A stretch of 64,000 nt of DNA from Pirellulales bacterium (GTDB lineage: Bacteria > Planctomycetota > Planctomycetia > Pirellulales > JAEUIK01). Below the pieces are notes generated by a model. That model worked only from the letters and a program-made list of their open reading frames with translations, made no database searches and was not told where the DNA came from. How positions within the stretch are numbered: the stretch's first letter is position 1; each line of letters opens with the position of its first letter. The position numbers were made by a program, and so were the translations under genes. Location: assembly GCA_050184475.1 (NCBI GenBank), contig JBFXAH010000011.1, forward strand, positions 75,208 to 139,207. Reading direction: 5' to 3'. Shown here one piece after another: positions 23,579 to 32,187 of the stretch.

Positions 23579-24142
23579 ATGACAGGCGTACACCTGGTTC
23601 GCGTGGGGGCGATGGCCGACGTCGGTGCGTTCGGCTCCGGTGATGCCACGCGCTATCCCCGCGGCAGCCGGGTGATCGTGCGGACCCGCCGCGGGCTTGA
23701 AATCGGCCAGGTGCTGACTTCGCCCGACGACGCCCCCGATGCCGGCCCGACCGACGGCACAATCGTCCGCGGCATGACGGTCGAAGACGAACTGCTCGAA
23801 GCCCGCCTGCACCGCAATCGTCGGGCCGCCAGCGAAGCGTGCGCCGCCGAGCTCGCGCGACGCAGTCTGCCGACGGCGCTCTTGGATGTCGAACACCTCT
23901 TCGACGGCCAGACGCTGGTTTTCTATTTTCTGGGGGAGCTGCCCGCGGAGCTCGACGCCCTCACGGCCGAGTTGGCCGAAGCCTACGACGCCAAGGCCCA
24001 GTTCCGCAGCTTTGCTGAAACCGTGACGGCCGGTTGCGGACCAGGCTGCGGCACCGACGAAGCAACCGGCGGCGGCTGCGACTCGTGCGCCACGGGCTGT
24101 GCGATCTCCGGCGCGTGCGGCACGCGTGGTTCGTCGCGATGA
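23579..24142 (+). CDS. PSP1/RicT-like C-terminal domain protein with Cys-rich tail
   Basis: LLDVEHLFDGQTLVFYFLGELPAELDALTAELAEAYDAKAQF resembles the PSP1 C-terminal domain core. The tail is CGPGCGTDEATGGGCDSCATGCAISGACG. The stop overlaps the ruvX ATG (ATGA). Confidence 0.6.
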   Translation: MTGVHLVRVGAMADVGAFGSGDATRYPRGSRVIVRTRRGLEIGQVLTSPDDAPDAGPTDGTIVRGMTVEDELLEARLHRNRRAASEACAAELARRSLPTALLDVEHLFDGQTLVFYFLGELPAELDALTAELAEAYDAKAQFRSFAETVTAGCGPGCGTDEATGGGCDSCATGCAISGACGTRGSSR

Positions 24143-24648
24143 ACGCCCAGCGGCCGATCGATCAGGCCGAGCCAGGGCGCGTGGCAGCCATCGACTTCGG
24201 CACGGTGCGAATCGGCATCGCCATCTCCGATCGCCGGCGGACCCTGGCTTCGCCGCTGGAGACTTACACGCGCGCCGGTCGCCAGGCCGATGCCGCGCGG
24301 TTCGTGCGACTCGTCAAGGACGAAGGCGTACGCCTGTTCGTCGTCGGACTGCCGGTGCACCTCGACGGAAACGAGAGCGCCAAGTCGCGCGAAGCGACCG
24401 CCTTCGGCCGCTGGCTGCAAGAGACGACCGGTGTGCCAGTCGAGTACTTCGACGAACGTTTTACCACGGCGCTGGCCACCGAACAGCTCGCGCCGGCCGG
24501 CTTCACCAAGAAGCGGCAAAAGAAACGGCTCGACGCCGTCGCGGCCCAGGTGCTGCTGACCGCCTGGCTCGAGGCCAGCCCACACGAGCGCGGCCGCACG
24601 GCCGGGCCCCACACGGGGCCGCAACTCGATCCGCTCGACGATCGCTGA
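24139..24648 (+). CDS. ruvX: Holliday junction resolvase-like protein RuvX/YqgF
   Basis: VAAIDFGTVRIGIAISD...LFVVGLPVHLDGNESAKSREATAFGRWL...PVEYFDERFTT is the YqgF family pattern. ORF trimmed to the ATG at 24139. Confidence 0.85.
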   Translation: MNAQRPIDQAEPGRVAAIDFGTVRIGIAISDRRRTLASPLETYTRAGRQADAARFVRLVKDEGVRLFVVGLPVHLDGNESAKSREATAFGRWLQETTGVPVEYFDERFTTALATEQLAPAGFTKKRQKKRLDAVAAQVLLTAWLEASPHERGRTAGPHTGPQLDPLDDR

Positions 24649-24732
24649 CGCTCGCTTAGTGATACAACTAGGTTCGATTCAAACACAAAGTTCATCAAGA
24701 ACACCAAGCTCGCCCCGACTGAGGCGATCGCA

Positions 24733-25608
24733 ATGCCCGAGAACAAACTGATCGTCGGTTGCGGATACTTGGGGGCGCGGGTCGCGCGGCGCTGGCTGGC
24801 AACCGGCGAGCGGGTGTGGACCGTCACGCGCTCGACCGAGCGTGCCGCTAGGTTGCGCGACGAAGGCCTCGAGCCCGTCGTCGCCGATGTCACCGCGCCG
24901 GCGACGCTCGCCGCGCTGGCGAAGCTGCCGCCGCTCGACACCGTGCTCTACGCAGTCGGCTTCGATCGCCGCGCGACACGCACGCGCCGCCAGGTTTACG
25001 TCGAGGGATTGCGGAACGTGCTGACCGCGCTGGCCAGCGACGTGCGGCGATTCCTCTATATCAGCACCACGGGCGTCTACGGCCAGCATCACGGCCAGTG
25101 GGTGAACGAAGAAACACCCTGCGCGCCAACGCGCGAAGGGGGGCAAGTCGCGCTGGAGGCCGAGCACTTGCTCCTCGCCAGCGCGCTGGGCAACCGTTCG
25201 ATTCGTTTGCGGCTGGCAGGCTTGTACGGACCGGGGCGCGTGCCACGCCAGCAGGACTTGGCAGCCGGCCAGCCGATCGCCGCGCCGCGCGATGGTTACC
25301 TGAATTTGATTCACGTCGACGACGCCGTCGATACGGTGCTGGCCGCCGAGCGCTTGAACGTGCCGCCGCCACGGTTGTACGTGGTCGCCGACGGGCAGCC
25401 ACCGCTGCGCCGCGATTACCTGGCCGAGGTGGCGCGTCTCGTAGGCGGACCGGCGCCGACGTTCGTCGAGCCGGCGGCCGATTCGCCCACGGCCGAGCGC
25501 GCCGACGGCGACAAGCGCGTCGATAGCGCGCAACTGCTCGCCGAATTGAATCTGCGTCTCAACTATCCGTCGTATCGCGAAGGGCTGGCGGCAATTCTCG
25601 CGACCTAA
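24733..25608 (+). CDS. NAD(P)-dependent epimerase/dehydratase-type SDR oxidoreductase
   Basis: N-terminal Rossmann motif LIVGCGYLGARVARRWL. FLYISTTGVYG and a later YG/PGR segment are typical of extended SDRs. Confidence 0.75.
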   Translation: MPENKLIVGCGYLGARVARRWLATGERVWTVTRSTERAARLRDEGLEPVVADVTAPATLAALAKLPPLDTVLYAVGFDRRATRTRRQVYVEGLRNVLTALASDVRRFLYISTTGVYGQHHGQWVNEETPCAPTREGGQVALEAEHLLLASALGNRSIRLRLAGLYGPGRVPRQQDLAAGQPIAAPRDGYLNLIHVDDAVDTVLAAERLNVPPPRLYVVADGQPPLRRDYLAEVARLVGGPAPTFVEPAADSPTAERADGDKRVDSAQLLAELNLRLNYPSYREGLAAILAT

Positions 25609-25821
25609 GCGAATGGCAAATACGGGGCTCGCGGGCTCGGCCAGTGCGGCTTAAGCTCATCTGCGGCGCAGCGCGGTGCTCGCGCCGCCGGGGCCCGCGA
25701 GCTAGCCGGTTGTCGCCGCGCGGCGGGCATTCTAGAATCCGGCCAGAGGTCGCGAGCGATCGTCCACGCCGCCGCCGGGCATCGTTTCGCGCGGTTATCT
25801 CGACGGAAGGCCACCATCCAC

Positions 25822-26604
25822 ATGCTCAAACGGAAGCCCGTTTTTCCCAATGTGATCGAGATGAACTACCAGGCGGGCGAGCGCCTGGGCTGCAACGTTT
25901 ATCTGGTCTTCGATCGCAATGAATGGCTCCTGATCGACATCGGCTTCGAAGACACGGTCGAAGAAATCGTCGAGCTGATCCGGCAGATGGATTTTCCGCT
26001 GTCGGCCTGCAAGGGGCTGATTGCCACGCATGCCGATGTCGATCACGTGCAGGGTTTGGCCAAGGCGCGGCAACTGCTCAAGGCCCCCACCTACGGGCAT
26101 CGCCTGGCGGCCGAGCCGCTGGCCACCAGCGACCCGGTGAAGACCTACGCCCAGATCGCCGCGCAAGGCATCTACCTCGACATGCCGAGCGTCAAGCTCG
26201 ACCACCTGATCGACGAGGGGGACCGCCTCACGGTCGGCGGGATCGAGCTCGAAGTCTGGCACACGCCCGGCCACACCGATAGCCAGTTGGCGTTTCGCCT
26301 GGGGGATCTGCTCCTAAGCGGCGACAACATCTACCGCGACGGTTGCGTGGGGGTGATCGACGCCCACCACGGCAGCGACATCGCCGCCTTCGTCAAATCG
26401 CTCGAACGGATTCGGGCCAGCGACGTCCAGTGGCTGCTGCCGAGCCACGGCCCGATCTTCCGCAAAGACAACGCGCTTTTGGATCGCACGATCGAGCGGG
26501 TGCGCGGCTATCTGCACATGGCCGACTTCGGCACCTGCGCGACCGACTGGCCGCTGATGCGCGACTGGGATCGCGAACTGGCCGAAGGTCGCATGCCCAA
26601 GTAG
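25822..26604 (+). CDS. MBL-fold metallo-hydrolase
   Basis: The [13 protein letters not shown] motif (HxHxDH-type), then [10 protein letters not shown] and LLSGDNIY..., are typical of the metallo-beta-lactamase fold. Confidence 0.85.
   Translation: MLKRKPVFPNVIEMNYQAGERLGCNVYLVFDRNEWLLIDIGFEDTVEEIVELIRQMDFPLSACKGLIATHADVDHVQGLAKARQLLKAPTYGHRLAAEPLATSDPVKTYAQIAAQGIYLDMPSVKLDHLIDEGDRLTVGGIELEVWHTPGHTDSQLAFRLGDLLLSGDNIYRDGCVGVIDAHHGSDIAAFVKSLERIRASDVQWLLPSHGPIFRKDNALLDRTIERVRGYLHMADFGTCATDWPLMRDWDRELAEGRMPK
26496..26604 (+). repeat. 109-bp direct repeat, copy 1 (authentic 3' end of the MBL gene)
   Basis: 26496..26588 is 93/93 identical to 28326..28418. The last 16 bp differ at 3 positions (26589, 26592, 26598). 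All three are third-codon positions and synonymous. Confidence 0.95.
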
Positions 26605-26678
26605 CTGCCGATGCCAGGGCTGGCTTTTTCAGTCGCCGTTGTTGGCCGCACTCAATCACCCACGGCTGGCCCGCGCTC

Positions 26679-28142
26679 TTAGGGCCGGGCGACCTGGTAG
26701 CGCCACAGATCGCTCGGCGGCTGCGCAAATCCCTCGGCGGCGAACCAGTCGGTCGGATAGACGCGCACCGGCAAATCGTCCGGATCGGGCGCCGCCAGCG
26801 TCATCAAGAAGGCCACGAGCTCCGCCCGCCGACCGGCCGGCAACTGCGCGAATCGATTGGCCGACGCGTACGCCTCGCCACCATGCCAGGCGATCGCCTC
26901 GGCGATCGTGGCCGCGCGGCCGTCGTGCAGGTAGGGGCCCGAGTCGCGCACGCCCCACAGCGGCGGCGTCTTCCACTCCTGCTGCAGTACTCGAAGTTCG
27001 CCAGGCGAGATCGGGAAATCGGGCGTCAACTCCCCGCCATAATAGGTCGGAATCGACGTAGATGTCGGGCGCAGCTCCTGCGGCGCCGGCGACGGGTCGG
27101 ACAACCTCACGCCCATGTCGTGCAATAACAGGTCGCTGTAGATCCCTTCGATCGACGCCAGTTTCGGGCGATGGCAGACCGCGCAGCCCAACTTGCCAAA
27201 CAATTCCTCACCGTGCCGGACGCGGATGGCCTCTTGTTTGTCGGCCGGCTCCAACCGCCGGGGCGCCGGCAAGCTGGCGATAAAACCGGTCAGATCATGA
27301 CAATCTTCGCTGCTCAAATCAAAGCCGCGCTGACGAACGAATTCTTGAACTTGTTCCGGAACATCGCCATTAAAAACGGGCTCCGGCTCGAGTCCTAGTT
27401 CCGCGGAGCATGCACCCCGGACAAAATCGTTCAACGTGTTCGACTGCCCGCGCCAGCCAAATTTTCCCAGCACGCGACCGGTCACCTGGCGATGCTCGCG
27501 ATGCTGCTCTTCGGCGATTTGCGCGAGATAACTGGTCGTGACCTGGTCGATCAATCCCAAGCCAAAGAGCGGAGTCGTGTTGCGACTCGTCCAGGTCAAC
27601 GAGAGATCCTTAGACACCATCCGCTTGTGCGGCACCAAATGCTGGCTGCCAACGACGTCGTCAAGCGCCAGCGCGCCAGGCAACCAGGTACCATCCGGAG
27701 CCAGGTCGATGCCCAGCAATTGTTCTCGCTGCGATCCATAATCCTGCGCAGCCGTGTTGTAGCGATGCAGCACGATCGTCCAGCCGCGGCGGAATCCTGC
27801 GTGCAGCTTGATCAATCGCTGCCGCACTGGCCGGCGCTTCTGCGGATGCGTGGGCGCTTGAGCCGTGACCAGGTCGACATTCTTTGCCAACGGGCCGGCG
27901 CCGCCGACCCCACCCTGATCGTGGCAGGCCACGCACGAGCGATCGTTGAACAACGGCCCCAACCCATCAACCATGCCCAGCGGACGTTGCCCCGGTTGCC
28001 ACGAGCGCTCGAAGAGCTCTTGCCCGCGCAAGACAGCTTCCGCCTGGGAATCATCCTGCGACCAGCCGAGCTGCGGCAAGCCGAAGAGCACCAAGGCGGT
28101 ACAGATCCCGCCAGAACACAACGCACGCCGTAAGAGCAGCAT
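26679..28142 (-). CDS. di-haem oxidoreductase, DUF1111/DHOR (putative peroxidase) family
   Basis: ORF 26679..28205, trimmed to the ATG at 28142 (signal peptide MLLLRRALCSGGICTALVLFG). Two CxxCH haem sites (SCVACHDQGGVGG and GCAVCHRP). C-terminal PPLWGVRDSGPYLHDGRAATIAEAIAWHGGEA is typical of DUF1111. Confidence 0.8.
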   Translation of the reverse strand: MLLLRRALCSGGICTALVLFGLPQLGWSQDDSQAEAVLRGQELFERSWQPGQRPLGMVDGLGPLFNDRSCVACHDQGGVGGAGPLAKNVDLVTAQAPTHPQKRRPVRQRLIKLHAGFRRGWTIVLHRYNTAAQDYGSQREQLLGIDLAPDGTWLPGALALDDVVGSQHLVPHKRMVSKDLSLTWTSRNTTPLFGLGLIDQVTTSYLAQIAEEQHREHRQVTGRVLGKFGWRGQSNTLNDFVRGACSAELGLEPEPVFNGDVPEQVQEFVRQRGFDLSSEDCHDLTGFIASLPAPRRLEPADKQEAIRVRHGEELFGKLGCAVCHRPKLASIEGIYSDLLLHDMGVRLSDPSPAPQELRPTSTSIPTYYGGELTPDFPISPGELRVLQQEWKTPPLWGVRDSGPYLHDGRAATIAEAIAWHGGEAYASANRFAQLPAGRRAELVAFLMTLAAPDPDDLPVRVYPTDWFAAEGFAQPPSDLWRYQVARP

Positions 28143-28325
28143 GGCGACCTCCCGGTTGCACTCCCCGATTCCCAAGCAACCCGAGCCGTAGTTCCTAACC
28201 GGCAATCTACCGCTGCCCGGTCAACCGCGAAAGGTTTTTTTAGAATGTCGAATTCGTAACGCTCGCGCGGCCGAGCTCGAGATCGGGGGGCGGGCAGCTC
28301 GGTGCCGCGCCTCACCCTGAGATGC

Positions 28326-28434
28326 GCGGGTGCGCGGCTATCTGCACATGGCCGACTTCGGCACCTGCGCGACCGACTGGCCGCTGATGCGCGACTGGGA
28401 TCGCGAACTGGCCGAAGGGCGGATGCCTAAGTAG
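28326..28434 (+). repeat. 109-bp direct repeat, copy 2 (orphan MBL 3'-end fragment abutting nhaA)
   Basis: See copy 1. It keeps the reading frame ...EGRMPK* with only synonymous changes, and overlaps the nhaA stop codon (28427..28429) by 8 nt. Confidence 0.95.
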
Positions 28435-29749
28435 AAGCTTCGCGGCGCAGCGCGAAGGCGAAAATTATTCCGCTTCCCAGCAGCGCGCTCAGTGCAGAGC
28501 CTGCCAGAATGCCGTTCTTGCCGGCGACCAACATTTCGCCCGACCAGGCCAGCCCGGCGATGAAAATCGACATGGTGAAACCGACTCCCGCCAGGCAGCC
28601 CGCACCGCTGAGCAGGCCCCACGTGACCTGCGGTGGCAAGCGACCCGCGCGCAGCGCGACCGCCAGCATACTGAAGCCGACGATGCCCAGCGGTTTGCCC
28701 GCGACGAGCGCCACGGCCACGGCCAGCGCCAGGGGATCGAGCGCTTGATTCAACTCCAGTGCGACTCCGGCGTTTGCCAAGGCAAAAATCGGCATGATGG
28801 CAATCGCCACCCAGGGCTGCACGGCCGACTCCAGCCGATGCATCGGGGCGACCGTCTCGCGCGCCGCGGCGGTCATGGTGTCGACGTCCCGCTGGTGATG
28901 CTCGTGTATCTCCGCGGAGTCGGCCCCTTCGTCGCCGCGCAGTCGACCGGCGATGCCTTCGATTATCCCCAGCAAATCGCGAGCGGGCAGTAACGGCTCA
29001 GCGGGCGTAAACGCACCCAGCAGCACACCGGCCACGGTCGGATGCACGCCCGATCGCAAGAACGCCAGCCAGATCCCCGCGCCGAGCACGATATAGGGAA
29101 AGTAACTTCGCACACCCAACCGATTGAAGGCCAGGACCAGGGCAAAGCCGATCGCGGCCAGCATCAAGTATTCCGGCGCCAGGTTCGACGTGTAGACCAC
29201 GGCAATAACGAGCACCGCGCCGATGTCGTCGACAATGGCCAGCGTCAGCAAAAACACTTTCACCGACCGCGGCACGCGGCGACCCAGCAGCGCCAAGATC
29301 CCCACGACGAAGGCAATATCCGTGGCCATCGGCACTCCCCAGCCACCGACCCCCGGCTCGCCCCATTGCCAAATCAAAAACACCGTCGCCGGCACCACCA
29401 TGCCGCCCAGCGCCGCGGCGGCGGGCAGCACCGCCCGGCGCCAACCGCGCAGTTCGCCAAACAGAATCTCGCGCTTGATCTCCAGCCCGACGCTGAAGAA
29501 AAACACGGTCATTAAGCCATCGTTGATCCAATGCAACAGCGATAGTCGCAGCGAGAAAGTCCCCACCTCAATTCCCACGGGGAGCTCCCAGAAAGCCTCG
29601 ACTTCGTGCCGCCAGGAGGAATTGGCCAGGAACAAGGCAACCAACGTGCAGAGGATCAGCGCGAACCCGCTTGCCGACTCCAATTGGCGCCGGCTGAGAT
29701 CGGGGAACGTAAGTCGTCTGCGGCTATCACGTTTCATGCGATCTTGCAT
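28427..29749 (-). CDS. nhaA: Na+/H+ antiporter NhaA
   Basis: WINDGLMTVFFFSVGLEIKREILFGEL plus a 12-TM body are typical of NhaA. The start is at the ATG at 29749 or 29737; the track ORF extends to 29848. Confidence 0.9.
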   Translation of the reverse strand: MQDRMKRDSRRRLTFPDLSRRQLESASGFALILCTLVALFLANSSWRHEVEAFWELPVGIEVGTFSLRLSLLHWINDGLMTVFFFSVGLEIKREILFGELRGWRRAVLPAAAALGGMVVPATVFLIWQWGEPGVGGWGVPMATDIAFVVGILALLGRRVPRSVKVFLLTLAIVDDIGAVLVIAVVYTSNLAPEYLMLAAIGFALVLAFNRLGVRSYFPYIVLGAGIWLAFLRSGVHPTVAGVLLGAFTPAEPLLPARDLLGIIEGIAGRLRGDEGADSAEIHEHHQRDVDTMTAAARETVAPMHRLESAVQPWVAIAIMPIFALANAGVALELNQALDPLALAVAVALVAGKPLGIVGFSMLAVALRAGRLPPQVTWGLLSGAGCLAGVGFTMSIFIAGLAWSGEMLVAGKNGILAGSALSALLGSGIIFAFALRREAST

Positions 29750-30353
29750 CGGGCAGAGGGACGAACGCTGATGAGCTCCTATCAAAGAGCCACGGGGTGC
29801 TAATTCCGGACCAAACCGGCATGTTTTCGGGCTTGGTTTGGCCTGCACTGGCGCTAGCAGCCTGTGGAAGACACCGCAGGCGGCGCCATCGCAGGAAAGC
29901 GGGCCGCGAGCCGCGTCCGCTTACTGTAGCGCCGCGTGGGCTGTTGTCGAGCGTCGCCGGCGCAGAACTCGCCCCGCAGGGCGGAAGTCAATAGCCAGGC
30001 GGAACCCTTGGCGTAGTCGCGCCTCGCAATGTTGGCACACTAGCCCGACGCGCAGCGAGGGTCTGGGGACTAACCGGTGATGGGTTAGTCGGTCGGCGAC
30101 AACCGATTCGATTCTCTGCCGATGATCCGGCGGCGACACTCGGAGTGAAGCACTTCGTGGAGTCGCCCTTTGCAACGGCGCGTCGGCGAGGGCAAGTTAT
30201 CCCCCCTCCCCTTGTGGACTTCGACAGGCTCAGTCGAACGAAGAGGGTGGCCGGCCGACGATAGGTTGGCCTGGCTGCCCGGGCGGAGCGAAGCCAAACC
30301 GGTGAGGCCATCGGCCCGCGAGTCGTTCGACGTAGCAACGCTCGCGCGGCAGA

Positions 30354-30710
30354 ATGATTGGCATGGACGAGAAGCCCAAACACCGCTGGTTTCAGTTTCG
30401 GCTGAGCACGTGGTTCGTGCTGGTGGCGATTCTCGCCTGGGTGATGGCGCTTTGGCCGTACTTTGATGAGTTCGAAGTGCTTGTGGAGTTGACCAAGGCC
30501 ACGGTTCGTCCCAGCACAGGCTGGATCGATCCGCCATACGACATTCCGTACGGGGGACTCGGCCAATTCCTTTGGTTTTGGAAGCTAAAACTGTCGGTTG
30601 AGCAACTTGAGTGGCCGGCCGTCGCCTTAGCCGCCTTCCTCGCCTGGAAAGCCGCCTGGGCGCTCGGCCCGCGAGTTGTTCGACGCCGCAGGGCCCGCAC
30701 GGCAGAATGA
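30354..30710 (+). CDS. hypothetical membrane-anchored protein (leader-family gene 1)
   Basis: MIGMDEKPKHRWFQFRLSTWFVLVAILAWVMALW. Shares the upstream leader and N-terminal anchor motif with the next three genes. Lower GC. Confidence 0.5.
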   Translation: MIGMDEKPKHRWFQFRLSTWFVLVAILAWVMALWPYFDEFEVLVELTKATVRPSTGWIDPPYDIPYGGLGQFLWFWKLKLSVEQLEWPAVALAAFLAWKAAWALGPRVVRRRRARTAE

Positions 30711-31666
30711 ATGGCATGAATGTGCAAACGCAAAAGCGCCGACTTCGGTACACGTTGCGGGCGCTGCTCGCCGCGCTGACGGCCGTTTGTCTTCTGCTCG
30801 GTTGGTGGTCGAACAACGTCTACCGCCAACAGCGCGCCGCGGCGACCCTCCGGTCGTTGGGGATTCACGTGGGCTACGAATCGGCTCCAACCGTGTTGAC
30901 GTTTCCGGTTCCGGCCTGGTTTGGCAATCGGATCGGCACTGATTTTTTCCAAAAGGTCGTCGGTGTCGAGCAGGTCAGGAGCAATCGGGCCGCGAAAGCC
31001 AGGGAAGTGGTTCCGGCGCTTCGAGAGTTTCCCGCCCTGACGTCGCTACGTTTGATGCTCCCAGACCTGACTGATTCCGACATCCAGACGATCGGAGCTC
31101 TGCAAGAACTCAGGTCCTTATCACTCGTCGTTGATCAAGCACACCAGGGGCAGAACAACGCCCGCCTGCGATTGGCCGACCTACGCGGCCTCGCGAAACT
31201 CAGATCACTCACGATATCTGGGTGGTCCATCGGCCGAGAAGATGTCGTTGTTATCAGTCGCTTGCCAAAGCTGTCGGAGCTGTCGTTGATCGACACGGAT
31301 GCCACCGACGATACCTTGGCAGCACTTGGCGACCTGCCGCAGCTCACATCGCTATCCATTGGAGGCCGCAACAGGATCACGGATCAGGGGCTGGCACACG
31401 TCGCCAGCTTGACCTCTCTCTATCGATTGGTTGTCGACTGTCCCCAAGCAACGCCGGTCGGTATCGAACCGTTGTTGAATTTGCACAATCTCGAGTCCCT
31501 TGAGATCGACGTCCGTTCCAGCTCGAGCGTCGAATGGAACCGAGCGCTGCTGGCACGCTTTGAAGAAGCGCTGCCCAATTGCGAGCGGCGCTGGAGCATG
31601 CCTTGGTGGTTCTGGCGAGACAACGACTCGATGCCGGAAATCGCTCCGTTTGACTCCATCGACTAA
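30707..31666 (+). CDS. membrane-anchored leucine-rich-repeat (RNI-like LRR) protein (leader-family gene 2)
   Basis: The ATG at 30707 overlaps the gene 1 stop (ATGA). MNGMNVQTQKRRLRYTLRALLAALTAVCLLLGWW. Repeated LxxLxxLxL units follow (LTSLRLMLPDLTDSDIQTIGALQELRSLSL, LAKLRSLTISG, LPKLSELSLIDTDATDDTLAALGDLPQLTSLSIGG, LTSLYRLVV). Confidence 0.7.
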   Translation: MNGMNVQTQKRRLRYTLRALLAALTAVCLLLGWWSNNVYRQQRAAATLRSLGIHVGYESAPTVLTFPVPAWFGNRIGTDFFQKVVGVEQVRSNRAAKAREVVPALREFPALTSLRLMLPDLTDSDIQTIGALQELRSLSLVVDQAHQGQNNARLRLADLRGLAKLRSLTISGWSIGREDVVVISRLPKLSELSLIDTDATDDTLAALGDLPQLTSLSIGGRNRITDQGLAHVASLTSLYRLVVDCPQATPVGIEPLLNLHNLESLEIDVRSSSSVEWNRALLARFEEALPNCERRWSMPWWFWRDNDSMPEIAPFDSID

Positions 31667-31737
31667 CGCCGGACGCTCGATCCACCGAATACGCCGGTTG
31701 CAGAGCTCGGCGCCACTGCCGCGGCAGAAAGACGCGC

Positions 31738-32157
31738 ATGGCCGATCCACCCAAACGCCCCTGGTTGCAGTTTCGCTTACGCGACGCGTTCATCGCCGTG
31801 ACGGTTGCAAGCGTCGTCGGCGCAACGGTGCAGGCACTGGGAGTGCGCTATTCGATTCACATCAGCATGGGAATCGGCGCATTGGCGACGATCTGGCTGA
31901 GCCCGCGCTCGTTTCTTGCTTTGAGCAGTCTAAGTGCGGTCGGAACCGCTGTTGCTGGGTTGCTGGCATGCTTCGCAGTATTCTTGTCGGCCCCAGGCAA
32001 CTGGCCTATGGGATGGCTGCCATTCGCCAGCGTTGGAATTGTAGGTGTCGTCGCCGGAGCGCTCCTTGGCGCTATCGCCTGGGGTCTGTTCTCCGCTAAG
32101 GCTGCGCTCGAAACCGCGGCCAAACCCGCCGCGCAACGTGGGCGGTTGGCCGACTAG
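31738..32157 (+). CDS. hypothetical polytopic membrane protein (leader-family gene 3)
   Basis: MADPPKRPWLQFRLRDAFIAVTVASVVGATV. Has 3-4 hydrophobic segments and shares the leader/anchor motif. Confidence 0.5.
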   Translation: MADPPKRPWLQFRLRDAFIAVTVASVVGATVQALGVRYSIHISMGIGALATIWLSPRSFLALSSLSAVGTAVAGLLACFAVFLSAPGNWPMGWLPFASVGIVGVVAGALLGAIAWGLFSAKAALETAAKPAAQRGRLAD

Positions 32158-32187
32158 GGATGCGCCGTGTTGCAGCGGCGCGGCGGA

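Noticed and set aside
24655-24690. A tRNA-like T-loop string (aggttcgattcaaac) after ruvX.
   Set aside because: No complementary T-stem, acceptor stem or anticodon arm can be drawn around it. It is an isolated GTTCGA match.
26613-26629. A hairpin plus TTTTT right after the MBL stop, considered as an intrinsic terminator.
   Set aside because: The stem is only 4 bp (GCCA/TGGC) with a 4-nt loop. That is too weak to call, although the T-run is real.
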